In this document: in pieces, positions 47,097 through 57,643 of the stretch
Position numbering within the stretch: position 1 is the stretch's first letter
Layout of the letters: the number at the start of each line of letters is the position of its first letter
Virus record (IMG/VR): IMGVR_UViG_3300005613_000049
Span: 5,309 to 69,308 of that record
DNA length: 64,000 nt
Direction: 5' to 3' (one strand)
Source: a virus
Notes under the pieces: model-generated
Database searches by the model: none
What the model was told of the DNA's origin: nothing
The model's input: the letters and a program-made list of their open reading frames with translations, nothing else
Program-made: the position numbers and the translations under genes

Positions 47097-47315
47097 ATGT
47101 TTAAAAAAACTGAAATAAATAAATTCTTCTTGGCGTCAACGTATGGAATAAGAACAAATTGCGTTAATAGACGCGGTTTAGTAACTGTGTCTATGTGTGA
47201 CATTAAGAAAAGTAAACCACTCTCACATGGGTTTATGAAAGAAGTGGTTTATAAAGTAGATAATAATGGTGGATTAACAACAAAAATAAGGAGAAGCAAT
47301 GAAAAAAACAGTTAA
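47097..47315 (+). CDS. hypothetical protein
   Basis: RBS AGGAG. Confidence 0.45.
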   Translation: MFKKTEINKFFLASTYGIRTNCVNRRGLVTVSMCDIKKSKPLSHGFMKEVVYKVDNNGGLTTKIRRSNEKNS

Positions 47316-47673
47316 ATTTAAGTTGAGTAGGTTCAGTGATAAAGTATTGGAGGGGGTGATAGCATCTTCTCCCAGAATGTCTATTCAAACCATAGTTAGT
47401 GGTAAAGAAAAGAAGTACTATACAGCCACTACCATCAGTATAATCTATAATGGCATTTCCATGGAAGTTGATACTAAAAATGTATTAGTGGATGTTCCTG
47501 GGATATCTAACGTTAAGAGGAAGAGTAACGGTATGAATTATATCGGAAGTAAAAAGTCCGACATAGTATACCACATTGGACATAATAGATCACTACGAAT
47601 ATCATCAAAGAATGCCGTGTTTTTTGCCACACTAAAGGATGTAATAAAAAATGGCAAGAGAGTAGGAAAGTAG
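47299..47673 (+). CDS. hypothetical protein (Ada metal-binding-like C-terminus lacking Cys)
   Basis: YIGSKKSDIVYH. Confidence 0.45.
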   Translation: MKKTVKFKLSRFSDKVLEGVIASSPRMSIQTIVSGKEKKYYTATTISIIYNGISMEVDTKNVLVDVPGISNVKRKSNGMNYIGSKKSDIVYHIGHNRSLRISSKNAVFFATLKDVIKNGKRVGK

Positions 47674-47832
47674 CGTAATGAGATCTAATAGTATTGTTAA
47701 TAAATCAATCAAAGATGAAATATACCAACATAGTAAAAGAAGTTTAACTTGATTAATAACTATAAGATGTACTACCTTCAAAATACATTGTAATGAATAA
47801 AATCGACCTTTTAAACTCAGGAGGAATTAATT

Positions 47833-48165
47833 ATGCAGCTTATATGTAACACAGACGAAGGGGACGTTAAAAACGGTATTGATGAATGGAGAGAAAGAGA
47901 AATGCACATCATAACTGGTATTGTACATGTAGTACAAGTCGGAAAAAGAAAATATAACAACTTAAAGAAAGAAATGAGTGATAAAAATACTGTTACTCTC
48001 CCAACAAATATAACACACATAATAAATACAAAGACAATGAAATTACACCTTAAAAGCTGTGCACATGTGGGCGATAAGCGCAATTTGCTATACGCCCATA
48101 TCACCAACCCCGACACAACAGGGTTAATTAGATGCAGGCACTGTATGCCATGTGGTAAGAAGTAA
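47833..48165 (+). CDS. hypothetical Zn-binding protein
   Basis: KLH..SC...CRHC. Confidence 0.5.
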   Translation: MQLICNTDEGDVKNGIDEWREREMHIITGIVHVVQVGKRKYNNLKKEMSDKNTVTLPTNITHIINTKTMKLHLKSCAHVGDKRNLLYAHITNPDTTGLIRCRHCMPCGKK

Positions 48166-48177
48166 TTAATAACTATC

Positions 48178-48201
48178 GGAGGGGGTATAAAAACCCCCTC
48201 C
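48178..48201 (+). terminator. GC-rich intergenic hairpin
   Basis: GGAGGGGGT-ATAAAA-ACCCCCTCC. Confidence 0.5.
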
Positions 48202-48221
48202 TTAACAAAAGGAGACGTGGA

Positions 48222-48743
48222 ATGAAGATAAAAAAAGAAAATATAGACGAAATTGTCAAAAATAGTGAAATGGTGACGTTAAAAGATGATAAGATAATAA
48301 GGTTTGCTGTTTTAAAGGATAACCTAAGAAACTGGTTCACCCTTATTAGTCCAAAGACTAACAAGCACATCTCTTTTTATTTTGTACCAGTGAGGAAGAA
48401 AATAAACTATATCAACAAACAATTAGGAATACCCAGTAAGTATGTAATGGTCACTAACAATAAAGGCAATTTTAAGTATTTAGGTACCATCTTTCGTAAG
48501 GGATACGACGGTAGGTACATTTATATATACAGAATCTCGACGTCGAAGGGCAATTTCACGTCTTTGTCTGTGCAACACAAAACGTTCAAATGGTTATTTG
48601 AGCGTATGATGAAAAACAGTATACCTAGATCGTTAACAATAAAGTATAACGGGCGATGTATACGATGTAGAAGAGTATTGACAGACCCTAAGTCCATAGA
48701 GCGAGGGTATGGACCCATATGTGCAAAGGCATTTAAAAAATAA
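48222..48743 (+). CDS. DUF6011-like protein
   Basis: GRCIRCRRVLTDPKSIERGYGPIC. Confidence 0.7.
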   Translation: MKIKKENIDEIVKNSEMVTLKDDKIIRFAVLKDNLRNWFTLISPKTNKHISFYFVPVRKKINYINKQLGIPSKYVMVTNNKGNFKYLGTIFRKGYDGRYIYIYRISTSKGNFTSLSVQHKTFKWLFERMMKNSIPRSLTIKYNGRCIRCRRVLTDPKSIERGYGPICAKAFKK

Positions 48744-48774
48744 ACAATGTTATAAACGAAAGGAGGTGTAGGTA

Positions 48775-50889
48775 ATGGTGGAATTCAAGATAGATCCGGT
48801 GAATAAATTTGAATTTGATTACAGGTTAGTGTTGGCGGAAGACCCGTCATATGAGAAGTTTTTAATAATCACCCCCATAACCAAAACTGTTAATATTGAA
48901 CAATTGGAAAGAATAACTGACGACCTACCCGATGCAATTATGGGCAATACTACCAGAGGTGAAAATTTCACCGAGGAAGAGTTGGAAATACTCAGGGAAT
49001 CTACTGAGAGGGAGTTAAAACAAACAACAGAAGAAATACCAGCATATAGTTATACTTGTAAACGTAATATAATTAAACCAAAAAAATATGGTAAGAATGA
49101 GAGATTCCATAAAGGTAAGTCATTTAACGAACTGTTAATCACATTAGATTCAGAGAAATGTTTAAAGGGAACGCAAAATCTAGATATACCAGCTCTACCT
49201 CCTCCAAAAAGATTTTTGGATGCAGGTAGTTCTATGTGGTGTTCACCATACGTGGTTTATAAAGATATAACACCTTTGTATGTAGATGATTATACACCCA
49301 AAGATGCGGATAACAAATGGGCAATCTATAAAATGTCTAAATACTTATTAAGTATAAAAGGGCCGCTTGTAAGATTAGTGTCTGTCACTTATAGATTCGA
49401 TAAGTTAAACAACAGTATGACAGAGTACAAAAAGACGACACATATTATCACATTCAATAGAGATACAGGTAAACTATACTATATTCAATGGCGATCTAAT
49501 AGAAAAGGAAAAAAGTATCACAGAGTGATACGAAATGTTTTATGGAATTCAGCAACAATTTCATTATATATTTTACACTCCGGTGGTCTGGGTAGGTTAT
49601 TTCTCAAATATATGATAGATAATCTGTATAAGAGAATACCTGATGCTGTATTATATATTACTTTGGATGATGTGGTAGAACATGAATATATTCCGAGCGG
49701 TGCTAAGTCAATACTATTACCTGATAATATACCTGTTACTACACAAATAAGTCTTTTATTGCTTTTGATTTTATTACAAGAATTGGCAAACGCACCAATT
49801 AAGTGGTTGACATTTACAGTTCTTCTAAATAGTTATACTTTTGTTTCTGACTTTTATGCACTCAAACCACGAGAAGACTCAAAGGAAATGGATATAAGAC
49901 AAATATATGGTATTGGCAAAAAGTTAAGGAAAAAGAATAATCTCAACACATTTCTCAGAGGTATCATGGGATGTAAATATAAGAAATCATTTTCAACACT
50001 ATTTCAAACCCCTATGTCTTATAACGGCCAGTTGTCATTTATTGCATCTTGGGTAAAATATCTATCGATCAATAATACTGGGAATACTAAATATATCTAT
50101 CATTGGTTTACAAATATCATTAAAAATAGAAATGAAACACATATTGAGGGGGCAGTAAAGATATTGCGGAGTTGTATGTCATATACAAATTTTACGGATG
50201 ATGAACAGGATATAATGGATTCTTATATTAAATTTGCAGATCCCATGATTAAAAGTGATGGGGCAGGACTATCAGAAATTAATTGGTATACATGGAGAGA
50301 CACATTCAACATGGCCAGAGATCTAAATATAAGATTAAGAGTGAATAAACTTAAAACCTCTGATGACGTACGTAATGTCCATGATGAATTGGTCAAAATA
50401 TTGAATAGGAATCGAGACATACTAAATAAATTCAAAGATGACCCATTTATAGTTTTTAAGTCACCGGACAAATCATATAAAGGTTTTAAATTTATACAGT
50501 TATTAAATGCAGAAGAATTAAGAGATGAGGGAAATACAATGCACCACTGCATTGCATCCTACGCCAAAAGATGCATGAATGGGACCAGTATTGTATTTTC
50601 CATGCAGAAGGAAGATAAACATTATGCAACTCTTGAAATTAATGGTACAACCAATGAGTTGAAACAGAAGTATACAATATATGACAATGTTATAACAAAT
50701 AAGAATATTTTAAACATAATAGACGAATGGATGAAGGACATAGGTAAAATACATAGAAATGATAGTAAAACTTATAAGGAATTGGCCTTAAAGGCACTAA
50801 GTGATAAACATGCTGAAGAGATTGTAAAACATTTCGATACACAAGAAGATATAATGGATGGAGAATTACTAAATGTCGAGGCTTTCTAA
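48775..50889 (+). CDS. PcfJ-like domain protein
   Basis: HDEL...ELRDEGNTMHHCIASY...SIVFS...ATLE. Confidence 0.7.
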   Translation: MVEFKIDPVNKFEFDYRLVLAEDPSYEKFLIITPITKTVNIEQLERITDDLPDAIMGNTTRGENFTEEELEILRESTERELKQTTEEIPAYSYTCKRNIIKPKKYGKNERFHKGKSFNELLITLDSEKCLKGTQNLDIPALPPPKRFLDAGSSMWCSPYVVYKDITPLYVDDYTPKDADNKWAIYKMSKYLLSIKGPLVRLVSVTYRFDKLNNSMTEYKKTTHIITFNRDTGKLYYIQWRSNRKGKKYHRVIRNVLWNSATISLYILHSGGLGRLFLKYMIDNLYKRIPDAVLYITLDDVVEHEYIPSGAKSILLPDNIPVTTQISLLLLLILLQELANAPIKWLTFTVLLNSYTFVSDFYALKPREDSKEMDIRQIYGIGKKLRKKNNLNTFLRGIMGCKYKKSFSTLFQTPMSYNGQLSFIASWVKYLSINNTGNTKYIYHWFTNIIKNRNETHIEGAVKILRSCMSYTNFTDDEQDIMDSYIKFADPMIKSDGAGLSEINWYTWRDTFNMARDLNIRLRVNKLKTSDDVRNVHDELVKILNRNRDILNKFKDDPFIVFKSPDKSYKGFKFIQLLNAEELRDEGNTMHHCIASYAKRCMNGTSIVFSMQKEDKHYATLEINGTTNELKQKYTIYDNVITNKNILNIIDEWMKDIGKIHRNDSKTYKELALKALSDKHAEEIVKHFDTQEDIMDGELLNVEAF

Positions 50890-51020
50890 TAACAAGTTGA
50901 GAAGTCAACATAACAAAGGTAACCACAGACGAAGACGTACGACAAGAGGTAATAGGTTCTTATCTAAATTAATTAAATATAAATGGCATGAAACATTAAA
51001 CTCAAAAAAGGAAATATGAA

Positions 51021-51215
51021 ATGAATATATTACCATTTTATATACTTCCAAACATACCACTAGACACAGAATTATTACAAATAGGGGGTGATAATCAAAA
51101 GATATCAAAAAGCAAACATAAAAGTGTGGACAAAAAAGAAGTAAAAAGACTTAGGAATAAGAAAATGGTAAAACAAGTACGTAAACGTAAATCACGAAGA
51201 ACCAACCATAAATGA
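51021..51215 (+). CDS. small basic hypothetical protein
   Basis: ORF in array. Confidence 0.4.
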   Translation: MNILPFYILPNIPLDTELLQIGGDNQKISKSKHKSVDKKEVKRLRNKKMVKQVRKRKSRRTNHK

Positions 51216-51225
51216 GGAGATATAT

Positions 51226-51474
51226 ATGATAACGGCAATAACAGCAAGTATAAATGTAGAGTATATAGTAGTAGTTGATAATGAGAAGATATATAAAAGA
51301 ATTACACAGAAAAAAGCACCAATATGGCAACTATATACTAAATTCGGGTTTATTGATGTCAATAGGCATTGTAATGAACAACTTGAAAAAGAGTGGGAAT
51401 CACTCAATGAAAAAGTTGCAACGATCATTATTGTCAAAAAATACGGACCTGGTAGTACACCTCTTTTTAGTTAA
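51226..51474 (+). CDS. hypothetical protein
   Basis: RBS GAGGAG. Confidence 0.45.
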   Translation: MITAITASINVEYIVVVDNEKIYKRITQKKAPIWQLYTKFGFIDVNRHCNEQLEKEWESLNEKVATIIIVKKYGPGSTPLFS

Positions 51475-51533
51475 TGATTATGGACTATATGTTATTTTTT
51501 ATTAACCCCCAACAATAAGAAAGGAGACTTATT

Positions 51534-52280
51534 ATGTTTCAATCAATTATAACTGGAAGATTAGGTCACGACAATAAACTTTTCAATTTAACCTGTGCAA
51601 CATGCAAAGGACTTTACTTGTCCAGCCAACAAATGAATTGCCCAAAATGTGGTAAAACCTTAGTACCTATTACTGCGTCCAACAATAATAGGATGATGAT
51701 ATCAGAAGGTAGAATATATCCAATAATGACAAATGGAGAAAAAGAATACTACGAAGACGCAAGAATAAGAAGAAATGGACTGAGACCTGTATATAGATTT
51801 TCAATAATATCATTCGAGGACCCCAACACTAAACAGTTGTTCCCACCACGTATCCATGAGTACTTAACCACTGGACGAACTGTGACATTAACACTGTGTC
51901 ATCCACCTATTTACAAAGTATTCACTGATAAAAACGAGGAACTAATGGTAGAAGTCAGGTTGGGGTTATCCAAAGGGGATCGTATAAAACTGATAGACTC
52001 CAAGACATCAAAAAGGAATATGAATATGCCTGGTCAATACATACCTAATTCACAAACTGACCAACAGAGAACACAAAACAATGAACTGTCACATGTCCAG
52101 CAACTCGAAATGCGTTTGAATGAACTAAAACAGGAGTTGTCAAATATGAAATCACCTACACCACCGCCACAACCACCACAACAATATGATGTAGAGATGC
52201 CAATAGAAATGGGTGGGGAAGATGTTGGCATTGATGTTAATAACCTAAACAATGTGGTAGAAACAGTGGAAATATTCTAA
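51534..52280 (+). CDS. putative SSB-like OB-fold protein with inserted zinc ribbon
   Basis: IITGRLGHD start, CATC/CPKC, YL..G..V, Q/P-rich acidic tail ending IF. Confidence 0.45.
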   Translation: MFQSIITGRLGHDNKLFNLTCATCKGLYLSSQQMNCPKCGKTLVPITASNNNRMMISEGRIYPIMTNGEKEYYEDARIRRNGLRPVYRFSIISFEDPNTKQLFPPRIHEYLTTGRTVTLTLCHPPIYKVFTDKNEELMVEVRLGLSKGDRIKLIDSKTSKRNMNMPGQYIPNSQTDQQRTQNNELSHVQQLEMRLNELKQELSNMKSPTPPPQPPQQYDVEMPIEMGGEDVGIDVNNLNNVVETVEIF

Positions 52281-52369
52281 TGAGTGTTTTATGTAGTGAC
52301 TATCACTTATGTATAAGTATAATAAGATACCAACTATATGGTGTGCCAGGAAGGAGAAATAAGAAAGGC

Positions 52370-52423
52370 GGATGTGCACAACAACCGGGCAGGATGTGCA
52401 CAATAACCGGGCATGATGTGAAC
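52370..52423. repeat. 22-bp tandem repeat, two copies plus a partial
   Basis: GGATGTGCACAA(C/T)AACCGGGCA. Confidence 0.8.
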
Positions 52424-52590
52424 TGAATAGGCACTACAGATACTTACCGAAAAGAAAGGAGGTGAAATGAAAATAGTAGACATTTGTTGGATAGATAGAA
52501 TAAACACTATGTACATACGTAGTATATGCGGTAGAACATGGCATATAGACCAACTTAGAAATTAATTAACCAAAGAAAGGAGATAGTAAT

Positions 52591-52806
52591 ATGATACAAG
52601 TATATTTAACACACGAAGAAAAATCAGATATACTAACAGCACTCTGGATGAGAATTAATTATATAGAAACTGGTAATATAGCAATTTCAGCTCAAGATGC
52701 AGAAAGGTACGATCAGAATATAAAAATAAAAGCGTTATCTGAAGAACAAATGCGTGGAATACTCAGAATGAAAGCATTACAAGAAAAAATACTAACTAGC
52801 CACTAA
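52591..52806 (+). CDS. hypothetical protein
   Basis: RBS AAGGAG. Confidence 0.5.
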   Translation: MIQVYLTHEEKSDILTALWMRINYIETGNIAISAQDAERYDQNIKIKALSEEQMRGILRMKALQEKILTSH

Positions 52807-53060
52807 GAAAGGAGGCAAAATGAGTACAAAAAGTAAACAACAGGATGATGCAAAAGTAATGGATTTTGAAGAATGGTGCGAAATATGGGGCGATGAGTTA
52901 TGGGCAGAATGGCACGAAATAGGAGGCAATATGGAATTAGATAATGAATATGACGAATGGTGTGAGAAAAAGTTCAATAAATACAACGAATCCTAAACAG
53001 TTCACTACTATTCCGGCTCAAAACCGGATTAACGACAACTTTAATTCAAGGAGGCAGGTT

Positions 53061-53348
53061 ATGTTTTACTGTGATGACTGTGCAAAGATAAAAGGATGGC
53101 CAGAAGGTCTAGATACATCATACAGTCGCTGTGAAATCTGCGGACGAATAACGGGCTGTTACGATGTACCATCAAAATACTTACCAATCCCAAAAAACAA
53201 TACATACACAGTGAGATGTTTGTGTGGAAACTGCAAATCAGAATACAACACAGAAATATATAAAGGTATGAAGGCATTGCCAAATATAGGAAAATGTCCT
53301 GTATGTGGAAAAATAGATAAAAACACAGTTATATTGAAAAACAAATAA
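53061..53348 (+). CDS. Cys-rich zinc-finger protein
   Basis: RBS AGGAGG before MFYCDDC; four CxxC pairs. Confidence 0.55.
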   Translation: MFYCDDCAKIKGWPEGLDTSYSRCEICGRITGCYDVPSKYLPIPKNNTYTVRCLCGNCKSEYNTEIYKGMKALPNIGKCPVCGKIDKNTVILKNK

Positions 53349-53357
53349 ATAACAACA

Positions 53358-54158
53358 ATGAAAAGGAGAGACACAATGCCATCAATAATAATAGTGAAAG
53401 ACCCACCACCACCGATAATACCGGTAATAACCCAGTATTACAAAACTGATAAAATCAAAAAGGTTACAATCACAACAGACGTTGTTGGATTTGACCAGTA
53501 TGACATATCTGGGTACTTGCCAGATAAAGAAGAAGTAATTATAGACTTAAAAAAGATACTGTCCACAGCCACACTAAAAGGCACATTATTACTACCCAGT
53601 GTGTGGTTATCATTAATGAGAGCAGTATTTCATGAGTTGGGCCATGCTTTGCAGGTCGAAAGAGACCCAGAAATAATAAAAGAGGAAATACTCCCAGAAG
53701 AATATGAAACCGAGGCAAATCAATTTGCCTATATATTGATGGAAAATTGGTTTAAATACAACAAAATACCACCATTAGACTTCATGGGTTGGATGGGATA
53801 TCAAATAAAGAGCCTAATAGAGGCATTGTATCCAAATCACAGTAAATTAATTAAAGATATAGAGATCGCAGAGGCAGGCGCAGTAATAAGTCTCGATAGC
53901 TTTGCATTACACTACCCAGAATTGGTATCAAAAGAGCAATGTACAATATTAAGCCAAGACCAAAGTATAGGTATAACTATAGAAGGTGTAAAATACCTAG
54001 ATGCGATATCGTTCATAACGGCTATCAATAATAATATATCAGAAGACGATAAAGCAGCAACATTACACCGTCTAGGTCACGAAGAAGTAACGGTAGAAGA
54101 AGAAGAAATTCAACAAGAAGAAGGTAATAAAACGGCTCAAACCGCCTCTGCGGAATAA
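53358..54158 (+). CDS. HExxH metallopeptidase (ImmA/IrrE-like)
   Basis: VFHELGH...E.EANQFA. Confidence 0.6.
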   Translation: MKRRDTMPSIIIVKDPPPPIIPVITQYYKTDKIKKVTITTDVVGFDQYDISGYLPDKEEVIIDLKKILSTATLKGTLLLPSVWLSLMRAVFHELGHALQVERDPEIIKEEILPEEYETEANQFAYILMENWFKYNKIPPLDFMGWMGYQIKSLIEALYPNHSKLIKDIEIAEAGAVISLDSFALHYPELVSKEQCTILSQDQSIGITIEGVKYLDAISFITAINNNISEDDKAATLHRLGHEEVTVEEEEIQQEEGNKTAQTASAE

Positions 54159-54187
54159 AACAAAAACCATTAAAATAGGAGAAGACT

Positions 54188-54805
54188 ATGCAACAAAAAA
54201 TGGGAGCAGCAACGAAAATTATATTTTTGAAAGATTGTTCTGACATTATGTTTACAAAAACAGAACAAGACAAACTATCCGTAATGAATTGGTATATACA
54301 AGCCATGATGGACAAGTATAAACCATGGCTCGTAAGGATAGCACCAAGAATGTTCAAAGATAGCACGACAGGGCAAAACACCATACCCGCCATGGACATT
54401 ATACTATCATTGGGAGAGCTAAACGATAATGGCACAATAAAACTCAAGAATCTAAGATTAATAGCCCAAAATCCCAACAAGAGGGACGGCATGGGTAATT
54501 TAAAAGAAAATGCCGTACTCGCACAGGCCGGCCATCAGATTATGTGGGTCATTGATTCCCAAACAAATACGTTCTTAGGTAAAATGTTGAACGGTGAATG
54601 GATGGCATCCACCCCAAGAGCCTTTAACACAGTACAACAAACAGTAGAAACAACGGGAACAGAAGTAGATGGACAAACTGTTTATAGACAAAACGGAGAA
54701 TGGCAACAAAATTTGCCAAACATACAGCCACAAGATGTGGTGGGGGCCGTAGAACAACTGGGTGACGGTCCAGACATGTCTTATGAGGAAACCATGGATG
54801 TATGA
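54188..54805 (+). CDS. hypothetical protein
   Basis: RBS AGGAG. Confidence 0.55.
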   Translation: MQQKMGAATKIIFLKDCSDIMFTKTEQDKLSVMNWYIQAMMDKYKPWLVRIAPRMFKDSTTGQNTIPAMDIILSLGELNDNGTIKLKNLRLIAQNPNKRDGMGNLKENAVLAQAGHQIMWVIDSQTNTFLGKMLNGEWMASTPRAFNTVQQTVETTGTEVDGQTVYRQNGEWQQNLPNIQPQDVVGAVEQLGDGPDMSYEETMDV

Positions 54806-55218
54806 GAAAAATAAGAAGTATCAACGGACTTAAAGGGCGTGTAAAGAAAGTATCTAAAGACAAAACTCAAATTACTGTATCACTCTTTAAGGGTGGTACA
54901 GTAGTAACAAAGAATGCAGGATTTGAAAAAGGGGACAGAGTATGTTTAATTACCAATAGTATTACTAATAAGGTGATTAAAACGATCCCGGAAACAGTCG
55001 CAAATATAATACGAACTGTCGGCTCTTCCCCGTTTTTTGGGTCGTTGATGGTGAAAGAAGTAGAAGATATACCAAATATCAATCAATCAAATGGAGAAAA
55101 TTATGGCGACGAAGAAGAAGACGGAACAGAGTACACCAACTACATCTGTATCACAAGAGAAAAAGAAGGACAACAACAATTTGGAGTTACTTTCAACACT
55201 GATGAGGAATTGGAGTGA
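54802..55218 (+). CDS. hypothetical protein
   Basis: ATGA overlap. Confidence 0.45.
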   Translation: MRKIRSINGLKGRVKKVSKDKTQITVSLFKGGTVVTKNAGFEKGDRVCLITNSITNKVIKTIPETVANIIRTVGSSPFFGSLMVKEVEDIPNINQSNGENYGDEEEDGTEYTNYICITREKEGQQQFGVTFNTDEELE

Positions 55219-55708
55219 GAATACACAAAAACTAACTCCAGAACACATCATAGACGATTATATGAGGCTTAGATTGATAACAGCCTCAGAAAACGTTGAA
55301 AAAATGATAGAGGAGGGTAAAGTAGAATTAGGTAAAGACTATAAAACTACAACCCCCTGTGGTATGGAAATCACCTTCAAAGTAGAAAAACCATTGGAAG
55401 AAAAACCTTTAATCATGTACTATCAATATAGACTGAATAGTGACACACTAAAGAAGTGGATAGAAGAGCATAGTTATATGGAAGGACCATTGACTTTCCG
55501 AACAAGAGGAATACAGATTGTTTATCAGGGAAGTCATAAAATAACACCAGAGAACTATCACAAAGTAATATGTTCAATAGATCATGAAAAGACAGAAAGT
55601 AACCCAATGGGACTACAATTTCTTGATTTACTGATCACCCCCACTACCTTTGTAGTACATAGGGGTGTTCTCAATAACAAAGAATGGATAGTCACAATAT
55701 TATCCTAA
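55091..55708 (+). CDS. hypothetical protein
   Basis: Likely start MATKKK at 55103 after GGAG; overlaps the previous ORF. Confidence 0.5.
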   Translation: MEKIMATKKKTEQSTPTTSVSQEKKKDNNNLELLSTLMRNWSENTQKLTPEHIIDDYMRLRLITASENVEKMIEEGKVELGKDYKTTTPCGMEITFKVEKPLEEKPLIMYYQYRLNSDTLKKWIEEHSYMEGPLTFRTRGIQIVYQGSHKITPENYHKVICSIDHEKTESNPMGLQFLDLLITPTTFVVHRGVLNNKEWIVTILS

Positions 55709-55831
55709 CGGCGGCTCAAAACCGCCTTATTGGTAGAATTGGAGGACCTACCCAAAATAGAGACGGGTACGACCAGTAGAGGTCTGCCCAAACATTATCA
55801 CAAATCTTTTTTAAATCTAGGAGGAATCATT

Positions 55832-56683
55832 ATGGACATATTCGGAAACGCAGGAGTAGCAGGAGTAGCAGGAGCAGCAGGAGCAGCAGGAAATACAAAT
55901 ATGGACTTCGGAGAGGTCTATCAATATGCAATCGGTAGAGTAGCCGGTCCCCCGACATTCATACCAGCCTCGGCAACCCAAAAAAGTCATCACTGTATAG
56001 TGACTTTAATTGCATCGAGGACATTCAACAACGGAGTAGTCAAGACCGTTGTCCCGGTGCATTTCTGGGGAAAAAGGGCCGAAGTGGCTGCCAATTACCT
56101 GTCGAAGGGTAAGAAAGTCTTTGTATCCGGGAACACAAATACGTACATCAGAGAGCTCGGGCTGATCGGGCAGAACGGGAAACCGATCGTAAAGACAGAG
56201 ACAAGTATGAATGCCATGAGTCATACGTTACTGGACGATCCTTACAGTGCCAAGAAAGAGGCCTTCGACAAAGGCCTTGCCGCATTTCTGGAAGGGAAGA
56301 ACACCGGTAGAATACCACCCGATAGGCAACTACAGTATGAAGATGTATGCATAAAACGACAGCCGTACCAGCAATTCAACCCAGCAGTGGCCGCCCAAAC
56401 AGGTATGTTCGTCAATGCCTTGGTGTGGAGTAAGGACAGGGGAGGCTGGTGGAATGTTGCAGTTGCAACGCAAGTATTAAACGCAAAAACCGCACAGCCA
56501 GCCATTGGCCAAAATGTAGCGGTAACAGGAGCGGGAAACAACATGGAACAACGTATAGCCATGCTCACACAGGAAATCGCAAAACTGAAAGGTGAACAAC
56601 CAATTGCAGGTGCGGGTGCAGGTGCAGAAGTAGTTGCAGGTGCAGGTGCAGGCAATGGAGTGCAATTACCTGACCCGTTCTAA
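55832..56683 (+). CDS. single-stranded DNA-binding protein-like (OB fold)
   Basis: IGRV..P, VHFWGKRAEVAANYLSKGKKVFVSG, C-terminal DPF; RBS AGGAGG. Confidence 0.7.
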   Translation: MDIFGNAGVAGVAGAAGAAGNTNMDFGEVYQYAIGRVAGPPTFIPASATQKSHHCIVTLIASRTFNNGVVKTVVPVHFWGKRAEVAANYLSKGKKVFVSGNTNTYIRELGLIGQNGKPIVKTETSMNAMSHTLLDDPYSAKKEAFDKGLAAFLEGKNTGRIPPDRQLQYEDVCIKRQPYQQFNPAVAAQTGMFVNALVWSKDRGGWWNVAVATQVLNAKTAQPAIGQNVAVTGAGNNMEQRIAMLTQEIAKLKGEQPIAGAGAGAEVVAGAGAGNGVQLPDPF

Positions 56684-56712
56684 AACAAATATAAAAGTTG
56701 TATAAAGTTATA

Positions 56713-56745
56713 TGGGGAGGCCTTCGGGCCTCTCCGTATTTTTTT
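56713..56745 (+). terminator. rho-independent terminator
   Basis: GGGGAGGCC-TTCG-GGCCTCTCC followed by a T run. Confidence 0.85.
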
Positions 56746-57019
56746 GATCACTACCGTAAAATTTTACTTATTAACCCTTATTATTTTCTAAGTATCACAA
56801 AAATATGTCAATGAAACAGAATTCTTTTTTACTTCGGGAGGAAATAATGGAAATATACAAGTGTGCTATAGAAATAGCTGTGGTAGGTCTGGTTGGTACA
56901 GGTTTAACAATAGCTAGAAGAATTAATAATAAAGGCAATGAGGAAGCCGGAAGGGGTATAGCTGGCTGTACTATAGGATTTATTATATTCTTTTGGCTAT
57001 TAATTTGCTGGGGGTAAAA

Positions 57020-57211
57020 ATGGATATATTACCAATTACATGTGATAAATGTGGATATAGTTTAGATACGATAACAGAAGAACAAGAAGTAGTGTACAAA
57101 TGGAATAGAGAAAAAGGCATCTATGAGCCTAAATTTAAAATAGTAACATATACATGTCCTAATTGTCACACATATATAACTCCAAAAAGTAAAATAAACA
57201 AATATATATAA
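57020..57211 (+). CDS. small zinc-ribbon protein
   Basis: CDKC...CPNC. Confidence 0.5.
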   Translation: MDILPITCDKCGYSLDTITEEQEVVYKWNREKGIYEPKFKIVTYTCPNCHTYITPKSKINKYI

Positions 57212-57220
57212 GAGGAAAAA

Positions 57221-57643
57221 ATGACAAAGGAAGAAGAACTTATTAATGGTGTTATTATTATACTCATTGCAGTCGTAGTAGTATTTTTTATAAATATAAT
57301 GGGTATTAATAAAAAGAAAAACAAGGACATCAAAGGACCAGCTACAGTTTGTAGAGTAGTGGGAATGAAAGATGGTAGTTTTACAGTACAAGAATTCTTA
57401 TCCTCAAATCAATGGGTCACAAAGATAACAGTAAGAAATTCTACTATATACGAATGGAGATTTAATTCTCTTAGTAAAGCTATTGATAAAATGAATGAGT
57501 ATATGGACTCTATGACAGAAAATATTGATAAAAATAAAGTAACAGATACATATTATCTCAATGCTGTTATACCTGGCGCTACACATGGAGAAATTATAGA
57601 ATATTCGGAAAAAGTATCGAAAATAGGAGGTAATGTACAATGA
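57221..57643 (+). CDS. membrane-anchored hypothetical protein
   Basis: N-terminal TM. Confidence 0.5.
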   Translation: MTKEEELINGVIIILIAVVVVFFINIMGINKKKNKDIKGPATVCRVVGMKDGSFTVQEFLSSNQWVTKITVRNSTIYEWRFNSLSKAIDKMNEYMDSMTENIDKNKVTDTYYLNAVIPGATHGEIIEYSEKVSKIGGNVQ

